A stretch of DNA of 64,000 bases, from the NCBI GenBank assembly GCA_043228905.1, contig JBHGNT010000010.1:18848001-18912000 (forward strand). Direction: 5' to 3'. The DNA comes from Azolla caroliniana (lineage: Eukaryota; Plantae; Polypodiophyta). This document shows positions 44,038 through 55,890 of the stretch, piece after piece. Below the pieces are notes generated by a model. The model made no database searches. It was not told the DNA's origin and saw only the letters and a program-made list of their open reading frames with translations. How positions within the stretch are numbered: the stretch's first letter is position 1; each line of letters begins with the position of its first letter. A program made the position numbers and the translations under genes.

Positions 44038-47000
44038 CATAGATTGACATATTCGCATTCGTGGGGGTTACCAAATGAATGCATACGAATACGCATAAGA
44101 ATGCATGAAAAATATTCGTTAAAAAAAGATAAAAGATAAAAAAGGAGTTCATACTTTTTAGTTTCTTCATATAACAAAGAAGACTTGGACAATAAAAAGG
44201 GGTTTAACTTCACATTAAAAAGGAGACTTACACTAATAATATTTTTATATAATCGATGTAAAACTTAAAAGTATTTGTTTTATTTTTAATAAATAATAAA
44301 TAAAAGGTTCATTAATTCCCCATTTTTACTTGCCCACAAAATTTGATGTTTTTATCTATCATTAAAAAGGGTACCTCACACTAATAATATTTTTATAATA
44401 GATATAAAACTTAAATGTATTTGTTTCCTTTTTTAATAAAAAAAAAGATAAATAAAAATATGTAAATAAATAAAAGGTTCCCACAAAATTTCATATTTTT
44501 ATCTGACATTAAAAAGGGGACCTCAAACTAATAATATTTTTATAATAGATGTAAAACTTAAAAGTATTTGTTTTATTTTTAATAAAATAATAAATAATAA
44601 ATAAAAGGTTCATTAATTCCCCACTTTTTACTCTCCCACCAAATATTCTTGGGGTCATTTTGTATTCTTGAATATTACGAATATTACGGATGTCGAATAC
44701 CACGAATATCACGCATGGGTCAATCTATGTGTATATATATATGGCTCGATTCTAGGATCAGAATTGAGTATATGGGCAGAGCAGAATGGTAGGCATTTGG
44801 AAGAGTTTCACAACTTTGGATCACATATTGACCCTCCAAGCCCTTATCGAGGAGGGCAGAGCCCATAATAAGAGGATTTATTGCTGCTTTGTAGATTTCC
44901 GGGAAGCCTTGACATTGTGCCACGTGCTCGGCTTATGCAACGGCTAGAAACCCTTGGTTTTCCTACAGATATGCAATGGGGAATCTATGCACTCTATGAA
45001 TCTGTGTCAGGAAAAGTGCGGTCTCCCAAGGGTTTGCCAAAGGCAGTGGCCAGCACAATTGGAGTGAAGCAAGAGTGCCCACTATCACCCACTCTCTTCG
45101 GTCTCTATATAGATGAGGTATCACACTACATAGAGAGATTCGGGGGTTTGGGAGCATGCCTAGCAGGTATAGCAATGTGCACTCGAGAGACAATGTGCAC
45201 ATTTGCAGTTCCAAGAGCCACGAACTAAGTTGTGGTTATTTGATACACTTGTCACAACAACTCTTCTCTATGGAGTAGAAACATGGGGACCGAGTCTTAA
45301 CAATGCAAATCATTGGAAAGATTTAGAGAGACCACTAGTGTCAATGATTGCTTGCATGATAAGGAGCAAAGCATCAGTGCCCCATGATATAATCTGGGCA
45401 GAGATGGGCGCAGCACCTATAATCACCGAGGCATTGCTCCGATCAGTGACATGTATCCAACGTCTTTGGGAGCTCCCCAATCGAAGGTACCCAAGGTTGG
45501 CACTTATGTCATCAAGACAATTGGCTGAAAATGGAGACATTCATTGTTGGTATGTTGAAATGCAGCAATGGTTCGAGTCACATGGCATGAGTATAGATGC
45601 ACTACACCCGTTCCAATATAGCTTGGACTCTCCCCATCTAAATATGACCAAAGTGGAAAAGAATAAAGTGATCCGAACTGATATTATTAACTTGGAAAAC
45701 AAGATAACATAGATCAGCCCCAAAATTTCACTTGGTACGAAGATGGCCCACTACAAGACACAGTTCTTACACAGCAGAGGATGGATTCATCATCCGGCCA
45801 CCTTATATAGACATACATCTATCCTATGCACTACGCAGTGTGATAGGGCAGTTGCGAACTTCATCACATCAACTAGAGATTGAGGTAGGTAGATATACAC
45901 GAATAACTCTAGAAGAAAGAATTTGCCATGTCATCAAGGAGTGGAATCCGAAGAACATTATGTTTGTCACTGTAGTGTCTTTTATGAAATCAGAGGGAGA
46001 TACCATTGCCTATTTAAACAAGGCTTTGGCTGGCTACGCAAGGTAATGGAATATGAGGACCAACGGTGCCGAGGACTTTTCTTGCTAGAGTTCAAGAGAC
46101 ATCGGGAAAAGCTGTTGAAGAATACAGCCACACAAGCTCATCCACAAAGAATAATCACAACTTTCTTTAGCCCCATCATTCCTACTAATGCTACAAGTCA
46201 ATCACGGGATACACAAATGGGCTCCCGACCAAGACATAACATAGGGGTTACAATTGATCGGGCAATAGCAATTTGTCGTGCACATAGGCCCCAGCCCCAT
46301 GGACCACGACCGCAACACCCTTGTCATCGACGAATAAAGGCCATTATCTGCCGCCATCACAGGTGCTTCCATCGCTTCGGAGACCTCTCCATTCTAGATC
46401 GACCTATGCTAGAGATCTTTCGAAGACAAAAGTTACAATATATCTAACTTGAGAATCTCACATGTGCCGAAAACCAGATTGCCTTGTTTGTTTTTATCTT
46501 ATTTACTTTTATATTTACTGAGTACTACTTATTCTATTTTGATTTGTTCTCAAAGACGAGACAACACCGAAGATGTAATCTCTTGTTTGGTCTTATAGGC
46601 CATTTTGGCCTCTTAAAAGACGCTAATATTTCTTTCTTTCTTTCTCTCATCAAATGCTCAACATATAAGGTAATTCACAATGAATATGATGACTTTGTTC
46701 TTGTTAGATGGACATGATAATGTGTCACGCTCAAATGTCCACCAAGAAGGGTGAGCACATATATGCGTGAATTAGTTTCACATAGAGTTTTTATTGCACA
46801 AATACCTCTGGAAGAAAGAATTTGAAAATTATGTCATCAGGGCGAGGAATGTGAAGCATATATGTTTGTCATTGTACTGGTTTTTATGATGTCATGGTCT
46901 CTTTAAGCATGCGTTTGACCCACTACACATGGTAATGGTGAATATGAGGATCAACAATGCTTGGGGCTATTCTTGCTAGAACTAAGAAGACACGAGGAGA

Positions 47001-49056
47001 TGTCATTGAAGGACAACAATACAGCCACACAAGCTCGTTGCCAAAGAGGAATCGCAACTTTCTTTTGCCCCATCACTCCTACTCATGCTAGAATTCAATC
47101 ACGGGATACTCAAAAATTACAATATATTTGAATTGAGATTCTTACATGTATAGATGATGAGATTCTTTAGTCATGTGCCACTTTGGCCTCTTAAAAGAAA
47201 TTATATATTTTTCTTTCTAGCAAAGATACTAAAGATTGATACATATATGTCATTAAAACAGCTTGTTGAACATGGACATAATCATTGTTGGTATGTTGAA
47301 ATGCAAGAATGGTTCCAATCACATGGCCGAAGTATAAAAGCATTATCTGCATTGAATTATAGCTTGGATTATCCACACTTGAGCATGACCAAAGTCAAAA
47401 TGAATTTAGTGATAAGAACAAATCTCATTGAAATCGATAAGAAAAGAACATGGATCAGCCCACAACATCCCTTGGTAGAAAGATGGCTCACCCTCTTTCC
47501 TCACGTATTCGTAATGGCTCTATCCTCGGACCTTCTTATATGGATACATATTTGTCGCATGTGCTCTCAAATGTGATAGAGATTTATATAGGCATCTTCA
47601 TGTCAATTAGAGATTTATATAGGCAGATATGCACACAAATCTAACAGATCTGCCGATTGTGCCATCAGTGGTGGGATCAGCGGAATGCTACATTCCGCAT
47701 TTTGCAGTTTCATATGGCATAGGAGAAAGATACCACTATGGCTTCAAACAAGGCTTTGGCCCCTAGAAAAGGTAAGGCATATGAAGATCAACAGAGCTTG
47801 GGATTGTTCTTGCTAGGCATCAAGATACATAGAGAGAAGTTGTTGAAGTATAAAAATACAATTACAATAACTCATGAACAAAGAACCAGTACAGCTTTCT
47901 TTTGCTCCATTACTCCTTCCATCATTCCTCACGCTACAAGTCAATCAAGGGCTACACAAGTGAGGTTTCGACTACAACACTGAATGGGATTACAATAGAT
48001 TGGGAAATAGCAGCATGTTGTGCACATAGGCCACGGCCCCATTGCCCTTGTAATCAATAGATAAAGGCCATTATCACCAGGCATCAATGATGCTTGCCTG
48101 GCTATAGAGATATCTCCATACTGGACCAGCCCATGTTGGAGATCTTTTCAAATACAAAATCTACAGTCTACCTAAAGCAAATTCAACACTACCACATTGT
48201 CTTAAGATGTAATCTCCTTTTGGCCTCTTAAAAGACATTAATATATCTTTCATTCTCTCTCTCACACAAACTCACTATACCAGTGCCATTTTTTATGGAA
48301 GAAGAGGGAGATACCGTTCCATCTTCAAACAAGGTTTTGGCCCACTACACATGGTAATGCAATACGAAGCCTAGAGGTAACTGTTCTTGATAGAACTCAA
48401 GACAAGTAGAGAAATTTTTGACAGAAAAAAATACAGCTACAACAACTCATAAGCAAAACACTATCATGCCTTTCTTTAGCTCCCTTGTTTCGCATACCTA
48501 TCCATTCTTGGATTGACCTGTGTTAGAGATCTTTCGAAGGCAAGACATTTCAGTTCATCTAAACTTAGAATGTTCAAGTGTTTAGCTAATGAGATGCATG
48601 TACATTGAGCAATTCTATTAATTTAGTTATGTTTATCTTGATTTTTGCGTTCATTAGCTGGGACAAAATTTTAAGATGTAATCTCTTCTACTCTTTCATA
48701 GGACATTTTGGTCTCTTAAGAGACATTAATGTATCATTCCTTTTTTCTTTCTATAGGTAGGAAAATGGCTCACTAGAAAGCCATATTATCAATCTATTTT
48801 GTTTGTTGCTCTCAAAGATGAGACAGCATTTCCCGGTGTAATCTCTCGTTCGGTCTCATTTTCATCTTACAACACGTCAACCTCCCTCACTCTTTCTCAC
48901 TCTAATTGGAGGAAGAAATGGAGAAAACAATGAGTACCTAAAGAAGAGCCATTCGAGGAGGGCATAGCGTTCAAGTCCCGCATAGAGTAGGGATTGGGCA
49001 GGCGCGCTGGCCCTGGGGTAACCCAACAGCTGCAGCTTCTGCTGGATCTCCTCCAT
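39455..49056 (-). CDS. AUG7: AUGMIN subunit 7 (HAUS7-like), 338 aa, 9 exons
   Basis: Exons 49056-48938, 43960-43875, 43180-43119, 42647-42556, 42365-42240, 42107-42017, 41941-41834, 41343-41245, 39688-39455 (1017 nt, GT-AG, in frame). Protein [48 protein letters not shown]...LFPADVQIQ...[22 protein letters not shown] matches plant AUG7 as I recall it. Confidence 0.93.
40180..40700 (-). mobile_element. Decayed LINE ORF2 C-terminal fragment with an adjoining poly-G run
   Basis: Minus strand gives LEERICQL-like and KVME-like remnants and QRTITTFF (40243-40220), as in 45900-46170. Confidence 0.7.
44038..44729. mobile_element. hAT-type MITE inserted in a (TA)n tract in AUG7 intron 1
   Basis: Perfect 11-bp TIR catagattgac/gtcaatctatg. 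Flanks tatatata/tgtatata. Subterminal cgaata motifs and an AT-rich, internally repeated core. Confidence 0.8.
44743..46648 (+). mobile_element. 5'-truncated, internally deleted non-LTR retrotransposon (RTEX-like LINE, subfamily A)
   Basis: RT motif [18 protein letters not shown]; [18 protein letters not shown]; [15 protein letters not shown]...EERIC...[10 protein letters not shown] (CCHC). 3' stem-loop and (TTTC)n tail. Frameshifted. Confidence 0.9.
46740..48900 (+). mobile_element. Cluster of at least four more truncated copies of the same LINE family
   Basis: Repeated ORF2-end pieces (46850-47110, 47255-48180, 48280-48560) and tails at ~47150-47218, 48204-48262, 48674-48752 and 48836-48900. 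Confidence 0.8.
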
Positions 49057-49493
49057 ATCTATATATAGTTGTAATGTGGCGCACTCCTCTGCTTCTGACT
49101 CCTTTCCTTCCCTCTCCTCTGCGCCCCGCCCTCGCTCCCTCTGATTCCCCTCCCTTCCTGTGTGTTTTTGAAGGGAAAAACTATTTACAGAAATAGCCCT
49201 GAGTTTTTATTTATTCTCATAGAATGCCCTCCCATTCGTTACCTTCAGGCTTGGACCTATCAATGACACTCCTAGTGCTTCCCTTCCATCTATAGACAGG
49301 TCTCTACATATTGTATGTATATGGTTGTCCTGCCCCTCAAATTCCAACAACCCGGTGCCTCGCTTGAGAAAGAGATGTGCCCTTTCGTGAACTTATTGAA
49401 GAAAATGTGTCTTTCAACTAATTTTCACAACTTCTTTGTACGGTGGTTTATTGCCTTGATGTATACGTCTAATTCTCCTTGCCTTCGGCGCCA

Positions 49494-49536
49494 AATCCTA
49501 AACCCTAAACCCTAAAGCGTGAACGCCTAAACCCAA
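49494..49536. promoter_or_regulatory. Telo-box / interstitial telomeric motif upstream of AUG7
   Basis: aatcctaaaccctaaaccctaaa, ~450 bp upstream of the AUG7 ATG. A regulatory role is inferred only. Confidence 0.45.
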
Positions 49537-50287
49537 AAGACATCATCTGAAATTATGGGAACTTTTGAAGGAGGGCGGCATAAAAAGGAAAATTGCATCC
49601 CAAAGAGTCCCCCCCATGCTTTATGGTTCTTTGCAAATATTACTCCAAGGAAAATTTGTTGAAGTGATTGATATTTTAGAGAATTTTCCCTATTTCTTAA
49701 GTACTTTGCCTATATATACTGAAGAGGCATTTTAGGAATTTATAGAATGAGTGTTTATGGAGGTTTTCCCGTACCTTTTATGCTTGTTTTTGAGGAAGTG
49801 AAGAAGGGTACATATTTCAATATCATGCAAATGACTTGATCATATGCCCAAAAATGTGTCGATCAAAGGTGGCCAGATAAATAAAGAAGAATGTTAAGCA
49901 TGTTTTAGTAGTGTGTAATGCCTCCTTGTCATGCCAAAATATGACTTCATTAGTGTACGTTCACTTTGACAAGGTACAAAGATTGCTCTACAATTCCAAA
50001 GATAGAACCATATGCCAATGCATCTTTTCTTTGATTACAAATGGGTTGTGCCCACCTCTATCCTCAACTTTATACTAGTTATTTCTCACTTCTTCAGTTG
50101 GATTTTTACACCCTTAGAACACTATCACAATGCATTTTTCTATGATTACAAATGGCCATGCCCACCTCTAACTCTATCTTGAACTTTTGAGCTATTTCTC
50201 ATTTCTTGAGTTGGATTTTAACACCCATAGGGCCATACCCCTTCCTTACATTATTTTGCATTTACCTCATTATAATATCTTCTATCA

Positions 50288-50718
50288 CATTCACTTGTAA
50301 TATAAAATGGGCCCTACAAAGAGTGCATCATGGGAAAGCAAAAAAAGAAAAAGGAAAACCATTGGAATACATTCGTCACTGAAAGTTTGATACAAAGTCT
50401 TGGTGAGGTCTTTGCACCACATTCACTTGTAAATTGTAATATAAAATGGGCCGTACAAAGAGTGCATAATGGGAAAGCAAATAAAAAGAAAAAGGAAAAC
50501 CATTGGCAAGGAACAGTTGGAATACATTCGTCGCTGGAAGTTTGATACGAAGTGTTGGTGAGGTCTTTGCACTACATTCACTTGTAATATAAAATGGGCG
50601 CTACAAAGAGTGCATCATGGGAAAGGAAAAAATGAAAAATGAAAACCATTGGCAAGGAACAATTGGAATACATTCGTCACTGAAAGTTTGATACGAAGTG
50701 TTGGTGAGGTATTTGCAC
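50288..50718. repeat. Tandem triplication, 3 x ~130-155 nt
   Basis: cattcacttgtaa...aaaatgggc...gtttgatac..agt.ttggtgaggt occurs three times. Confidence 0.9.
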
Positions 50719-50792
50719 TCTAAGTTTAGATGTCATAACTAAAATCAAAATATATAAAATAAAAGCAAAAGGAAGGATTGGGTAAAGCAAAA

Positions 50793-50878
50793 TCCGACCT
50801 GCCGGATTCGAACCAGCGACCTAAGGATAACAGTCTTCACACTACAGTCCTCCGCTCTACCAACTGAGCTAAGGTCGG
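50793..50878 (-). tRNA. trnY: tRNA-Tyr (GTA) with a 13-nt intron (50841-50829)
   Basis: CCGACCTTAGCTCAGTTGGTAGAGCGGAGGACTGTAG[TGTGAAGACTGTT]ATCCTTAGGTCGCTGGTTCGAATCCGGCAGGTCGGA; 73 nt mature. TTTT terminator follows immediately. Confidence 0.97.
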
Positions 50879-51595
50879 CTATACGGAAAAGCTTCTCAAA
50901 TACATGTATAATAACTGTATTTTATATTCAAATCAAATACAAAAACTAAAAGAAAGGCAGGTATGGACCTCACGTTAACATTCAAATCAGAAACGTTTGG
51001 CAGATGTTTCACTTACAAAAAAATTATTTGCAGCACCAAATAGATGGCACTACAACCCTTAAAATGTTCTTCGTAAAAGAAATCCAAGGTTTAAAACAGG
51101 TCGTCTAGAACTATTACGAGATGCTCATTCTCATTCGACTTGCTAGTGCTGAATTCCATTTCGAGTTGAGGAAATAAGTGGTGGGCATTATAACAATCTC
51201 TACCAGCTAATGTTGTCTACGTCTATTAACAATTTGCTTGAGCCCTTGTTGAAGAATCCATGGCAGTCACACACACACACACAACACATTAGCATCCAAT
51301 GGAATTTAACACTCTCTGTTAATCTTTGAGGTACATTTGCGTTAAAATTTCCTGATATAGTTGTTCCATGTCACATGTACACACACTCTCAGTGGGGACA
51401 CCCATAGCTTTCAAAATAGATGTAATATTAAAAGTACTTTTGATTGGAATTCTGTAATGTTTCACTTCAATCCATACACGGAGGGATTCTGGCTCTACCC
51501 TTATTAACTTTGGTCTCCATATACCGGAGAAAATAATTACAAATGCCCCAAGAACAAGCATGGATTCGACTGATGATATCGACTACGATGAATTA

Positions 51596-51710
51596 AACTT
51601 TACTGTTTAAGGAGATTGAATGCCATCACACGATAAATTTCTGGCAAATCAACTTTACTGTTTAAGGAGATTGAATGCCATAACATGATAAATTTCTGGC
51701 AAATCAACTT
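51596..51710. repeat. Tandem duplication, 2 x ~55 nt
   Basis: aactttactgtttaaggagattgaatgccat...gataaatttctggcaaatc occurs twice. Confidence 0.9.
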
Positions 51711-51906
51711 GTCACTACCATGAATCTATTGTGCCTATATAGATTGAATAGATAAATTGCTTCACTTGCACTCCATGGATTCAGACTGCCTGGTGTCTAA
51801 TATGATAACAATACACACAGCACAGTTCCTCCATGTGCATCATCATATCATGTTCTTTCCAATGTCCTAAGATTCCCATCACATCACATGATTGCTTTTG
51901 TAACTG

Positions 51907-52539
51907 TCATCTCTTTAGAAGCTTTCGAGGTTTCTTGGCTCCTGATACGGCCATATGTGCGGCCGGACATCCACAAGGGTATCGAAACACAAGGATGGCT
52001 CTACCATTGGGAGGAGCCATTTTCTTCAGCTTTGCCTCTAAATCCTTATGATCCTGTTTCCATACAGGATGCTCTGCGCTCTCCGTCCCACGAAAAGAAG
52101 AGGCAGCATCATACTCGAGCTGGATATCGAACTCCGCACATTTCCTTAGCCCACGGCATTCCGGATTGCTGCATTTCCGGCACTTATACTCGTAGAATTC
52201 CATCCCTCCGATCACAGAAACAAAAGTGAGGACAGTGGCGGTGATGTAGGCAATGGGGGCTTGGTACACGACCTCTCCGATGAAGACGAGGGCGAGGGGC
52301 AGGATCTCGGCGGCTTCTGTGAACAGGTACTTGAAGTATGGTGTGAAGAGAAGGGCGGAGGCGGAGAGGACTAGGAGGAGGATGAGCACATCGACGAAAG
52401 CTGCAGCCGAATTCTCACAGCAGAGGCTTGTAAGGGATAGGTATGGAGGAAGGCGGGGATTGGATCGCTTGAGGTCAGATCTGCAGTTGATGATGCTGCT
52501 GCTATGTGGATCTGACGCTGCGAGATCAGGAATCGCCAT
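51907..52539 (-). CDS. Uncharacterised At5g19025-like membrane protein (family annotated 'ribosomal protein L34e superfamily')
   Basis: Two hydrophobic segments, then RKCSNPECRGLRKCAEFDIQLE and LEAKLKKMAPPNGRAILVFRYPCGC. Intronless, 210 aa. Confidence 0.88.
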   Translation of the reverse strand: MAIPDLAASDPHSSSIINCRSDLKRSNPRLPPYLSLTSLCCENSAAAFVDVLILLLVLSASALLFTPYFKYLFTEAAEILPLALVFIGEVVYQAPIAYITATVLTFVSVIGGMEFYEYKCRKCSNPECRGLRKCAEFDIQLEYDAASSFRGTESAEHPVWKQDHKDLEAKLKKMAPPNGRAILVFRYPCGCPAAHMAVSGAKKPRKLLKR

Positions 52540-53418
52540 GACTCCACCCGAAATCTGCCGATTTACGCAGGATTCAACAGAGATGTGCAGGAAGGAAGCA
52601 TGTGAAGGAAAGAAGAGGGGCGGAGAAATGGAGGAGAAGGAGAAGGGCTGTCACCGGTTGTTGCCGGTTACCTTCCCCGATCTTCGTTTGGACTCTTATC
52701 CATCCATTTTGCGTTCACACTGGCTTCGTTATTGTTCAAAAAAAAAGGAGAGCGTTTTTATTTTGCTTTCTTTCTTTCTAATGTGAAATGCACATAAGAG
52801 ATCAAAACCACTCTACTTAGCTTCTTACTTCTTAATCAATTTATAGTTGATACAACGGAACCCATTTGGGTTGGCTTGGCTAAAAAGGGTGTGCTAAAAG
52901 GGTGGGTCATTTTGGGCACACGCATCCTAAAAAGGGCTGAGCTAAAAGGGTGGCACAAAGGAACACATGCACACCACACTATATACACTCTATGGACAAA
53001 AAGCCCCTTCCCCACTTGTCATGGTTATCCCATTGGAGTTTGTATAGTAGTTTTCTACTCACGAGGATTAGAGTGTGATGGTTAATCGAGAATATAAAGA
53101 AACAGGGGATGATTGCTTTTAATCCCAAGGATTAGAATGTGAGGGTTAATCGAGAATATAAAGAAGGGGGGAGGATTACTTTTAATCCTAAAGAAGGGGG
53201 CAAGTGGATCGACAACCCCTTCATTCTCTCCCCATCTCTTCATTTTGTTATACATTTTCCTCATTTTCATGCATGCTTTGGATATATAATTTCCAACACC
53301 CGTTCATTTTCTCACCCAATACTTAACACGAGGCAGAAGGCACTTGCCCAACCGGAGCATGTGTAAGGTTCGAGTGTCGGACTATGCACGGTTCCGTCCA
53401 AAGCGTGAAACACAAGCT

Positions 53419-53464
<46 letters not shown>

Positions 53465-53486
53465 TGAGTGAGAAAGAGTGAGTGAG

Positions 53487-53560
53487 ATGGATGTAGCTCA
53501 GTTGGTAAGGTTGCCGAATGGAGACTAGGAGGTCATGGGTTTAACCCTTTTACATTCCAT
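53487..53560 (+). mobile_element. tRNA-like (SINE head or tRNA pseudogene)
   Basis: TAGCTCAGTTGGTAAG A-box and a degenerate B-box aggtcatgggtttaaccc, which shares aggtcatgggtt with the 3265 copy. Adjoins a (GA)n tract. Confidence 0.55.
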
Positions 53561-53829
53561 AGTGGCATCTAGTGAATTAAGAGATACTTGTGAAGTATAT
53601 AATAGAGATGTGAGAAAATTAGGTTTCAAACCCAAGACACAACAAGCTCTCTTCTCAATTGTAGAGTAATAACTCACCACTAGGGTACGATAAAAAGACA
53701 AAGAGAGAGAGAGAGTCTTTGAGTTAGAGAAAGAGAGTGTGTGACACAAGACAAAGAGAGAGAGAGTCTTTGAGTTAGAGAAAGAGAGAGTGTGTCGTGT
53801 GTCCGTGTTCGTGAAGGGTGTCCATTTGG

Positions 53830-55700
53830 AGAAAGAAGAAAGAAAGAAAGAAAGATATATTAACGTCTTCTAAGGCCAAATTTGGCCCATGAGACAATTG
53901 GTTTACAACAAAAGAGTATTTATCCAGTCATCATAACTAAAATAAAATTAAGTAAAAAATAGAACTTAAACTAAAAGAGTTCTAGTACTGTACAATATGT
54001 AGTATACTCGAAAGTGACTATACACTAAGCCTAATTTTATTTCCACCCAAGCCTCTCGAAAAGAAGTGGGGGGTCAAAGGGTCTTGATGTGGGTTCCAAT
54101 GTAGAGAGTGCCCTAGCCATGGCTTCTAGGCGGTGTAGCTCACGTTCCCTTATTTTCAATATTGCTTCCACATCACGTCAAGTTGCTTTGAAACCCGGCA
54201 CCCGAGGACGTCTGGTTCTTCTCTGGTTTTCTGCCTCATCAATGGAAAGGCCGAGTGGTGCAAGTGTGTCGGCATTCGTTGTCTCCTCAGGTTCCTGAAA
54301 AACTTCATTTGTTACAAGTTCGTAATCATTAGCAACATTATTGTCAACATTTTGTAACTTATTCTCTCTGTGTTGTTTTAGCTCTAGAATGTATTTGCCT
54401 AATTTCTTTATATCTAGAGTATCTAATAGTTTGGGGAGGGTGGGAGACGGACCAAGTATGTCTTGGTATTTTGCCCTTATCTCGGCATAGGTTGGACACT
54501 TGCATGTAAAGTGGTACTCATCCTCTATCTCTATGTGACATAACCTACATATCCTTTCCTCCCTAGGGACTCCACTAGTACGGCCATTCTCAATCTCAAG
54601 TTGGTGAGATGATATTCTAAGTTGTCCAATGGCAACCCTTAGTGCATGTGGTAAGAATACATCTAGATATTTTGGCCGCGTGATAAAACCTAACTCAGAG
54701 AAGTGCATGAAGTGTTTCTTATAGTACAACATTTTAGATGGGAGTGGCTCTAGTGGGGTGATCCATTTACACCGAGTGTAAATTTGCCATATTTCTCGGC
54801 GTATTACTTTATTGCGGTCCTCATGAGAGATTAAGGTGTTATCACTCGTGTGGTTGTACCTAAGGGGAGGTAGGTTATTAATGTCTAGACCATTCGCAAG
54901 AAGCCAACTCACCATCATGCCATACCATGAGCTAGTATAGCCGGACTCATACAATGATCGAGAGGCCTTAAAGGATTGATGAGATATTCTATCATGTGGT
55001 TGGCTATGTATCCTATCAATGAAGACTACAAGTTGAAAAAGTGTCTCTACTAACATTGGGGGTAACGTGAACTCGGCCCTAATAATGTCATGTGGTATAG
55101 TCGATTTGCTTCGGAGTTGGCGTGATAGCATCATCACCAATGGTCTCTCTAATTGCGTCCACATGAAAGATGGTAATCCTGGAGCCCAAACCGCTGATGC
55201 ATACATGAGGGAGGGGGTCACTAATGAGTCAAAGAGCCACCCTTTAGTCCGTGGCTCTTGAAAGTGTGCTTGGTGGCATTGTCTCTCTAGGAGTGAGAGG
55301 GATGCATGTCCTCTCGTGAGTCTATCCTTCGCTGCCTGTGTCATCGAAAATTTACCTTAGCGGCACTAAAAGTGACTCCGAGATAAACGTATGATCCAAC
55401 CACCTCGACTGGGCTATGGGAGATAGTTAGGTGACACTTAGCTCTAACTTGGGCCGATGTGTGGAAGATAAGGACTTTCGATTTCCCTAGATTCACTACC
55501 AATCCTCGTTGTACACAAAAGTCATCTAAGGCATTAAGGTGCCTCTGTAGGTCGTGTTCGGATTCAGAGAGCAAAACTATGTCATTCGCATAGAGCAAGA
55601 TACGAACCTGCGTATCCCCAAGGACCACTCCGGTGCCTTGCTCGTGAGGGAGAGGCCATGATGGACATATCCTAGTCTCTATGTAGACCATAACATAAGA
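53830..55700 (-). mobile_element. 5'-truncated RTEX-like LINE (subfamily B)
   Basis: ILLYANDIVLL (YADD-like), [50 protein letters not shown]...EERICRLC..EDEYHFTCKC. 3' stem-loop and (TTTC)n tail. A matching 75-nt tail lies at 10547-10620. Confidence 0.92.
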
Positions 55701-55890
55701 ACACATAACATCATCAAAGTATTCCCACTAAACTTAACTATTAACTAACTCTATACATATATATCATATATGTATATGTATACATATATATAAGTACATA
55801 GTAATATATTTCGTAGGAAGCAGAGCAGAGTACTCGTCTTCTCTCTGACGGCAGGAAATGCAGGATCTGTGTGTCGTAGCAGGAGGAGCC

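Noticed and set aside
52253-52786. 177-aa plus-strand ORF
   Set aside because: Antisense shadow of the At5g19025-like CDS.
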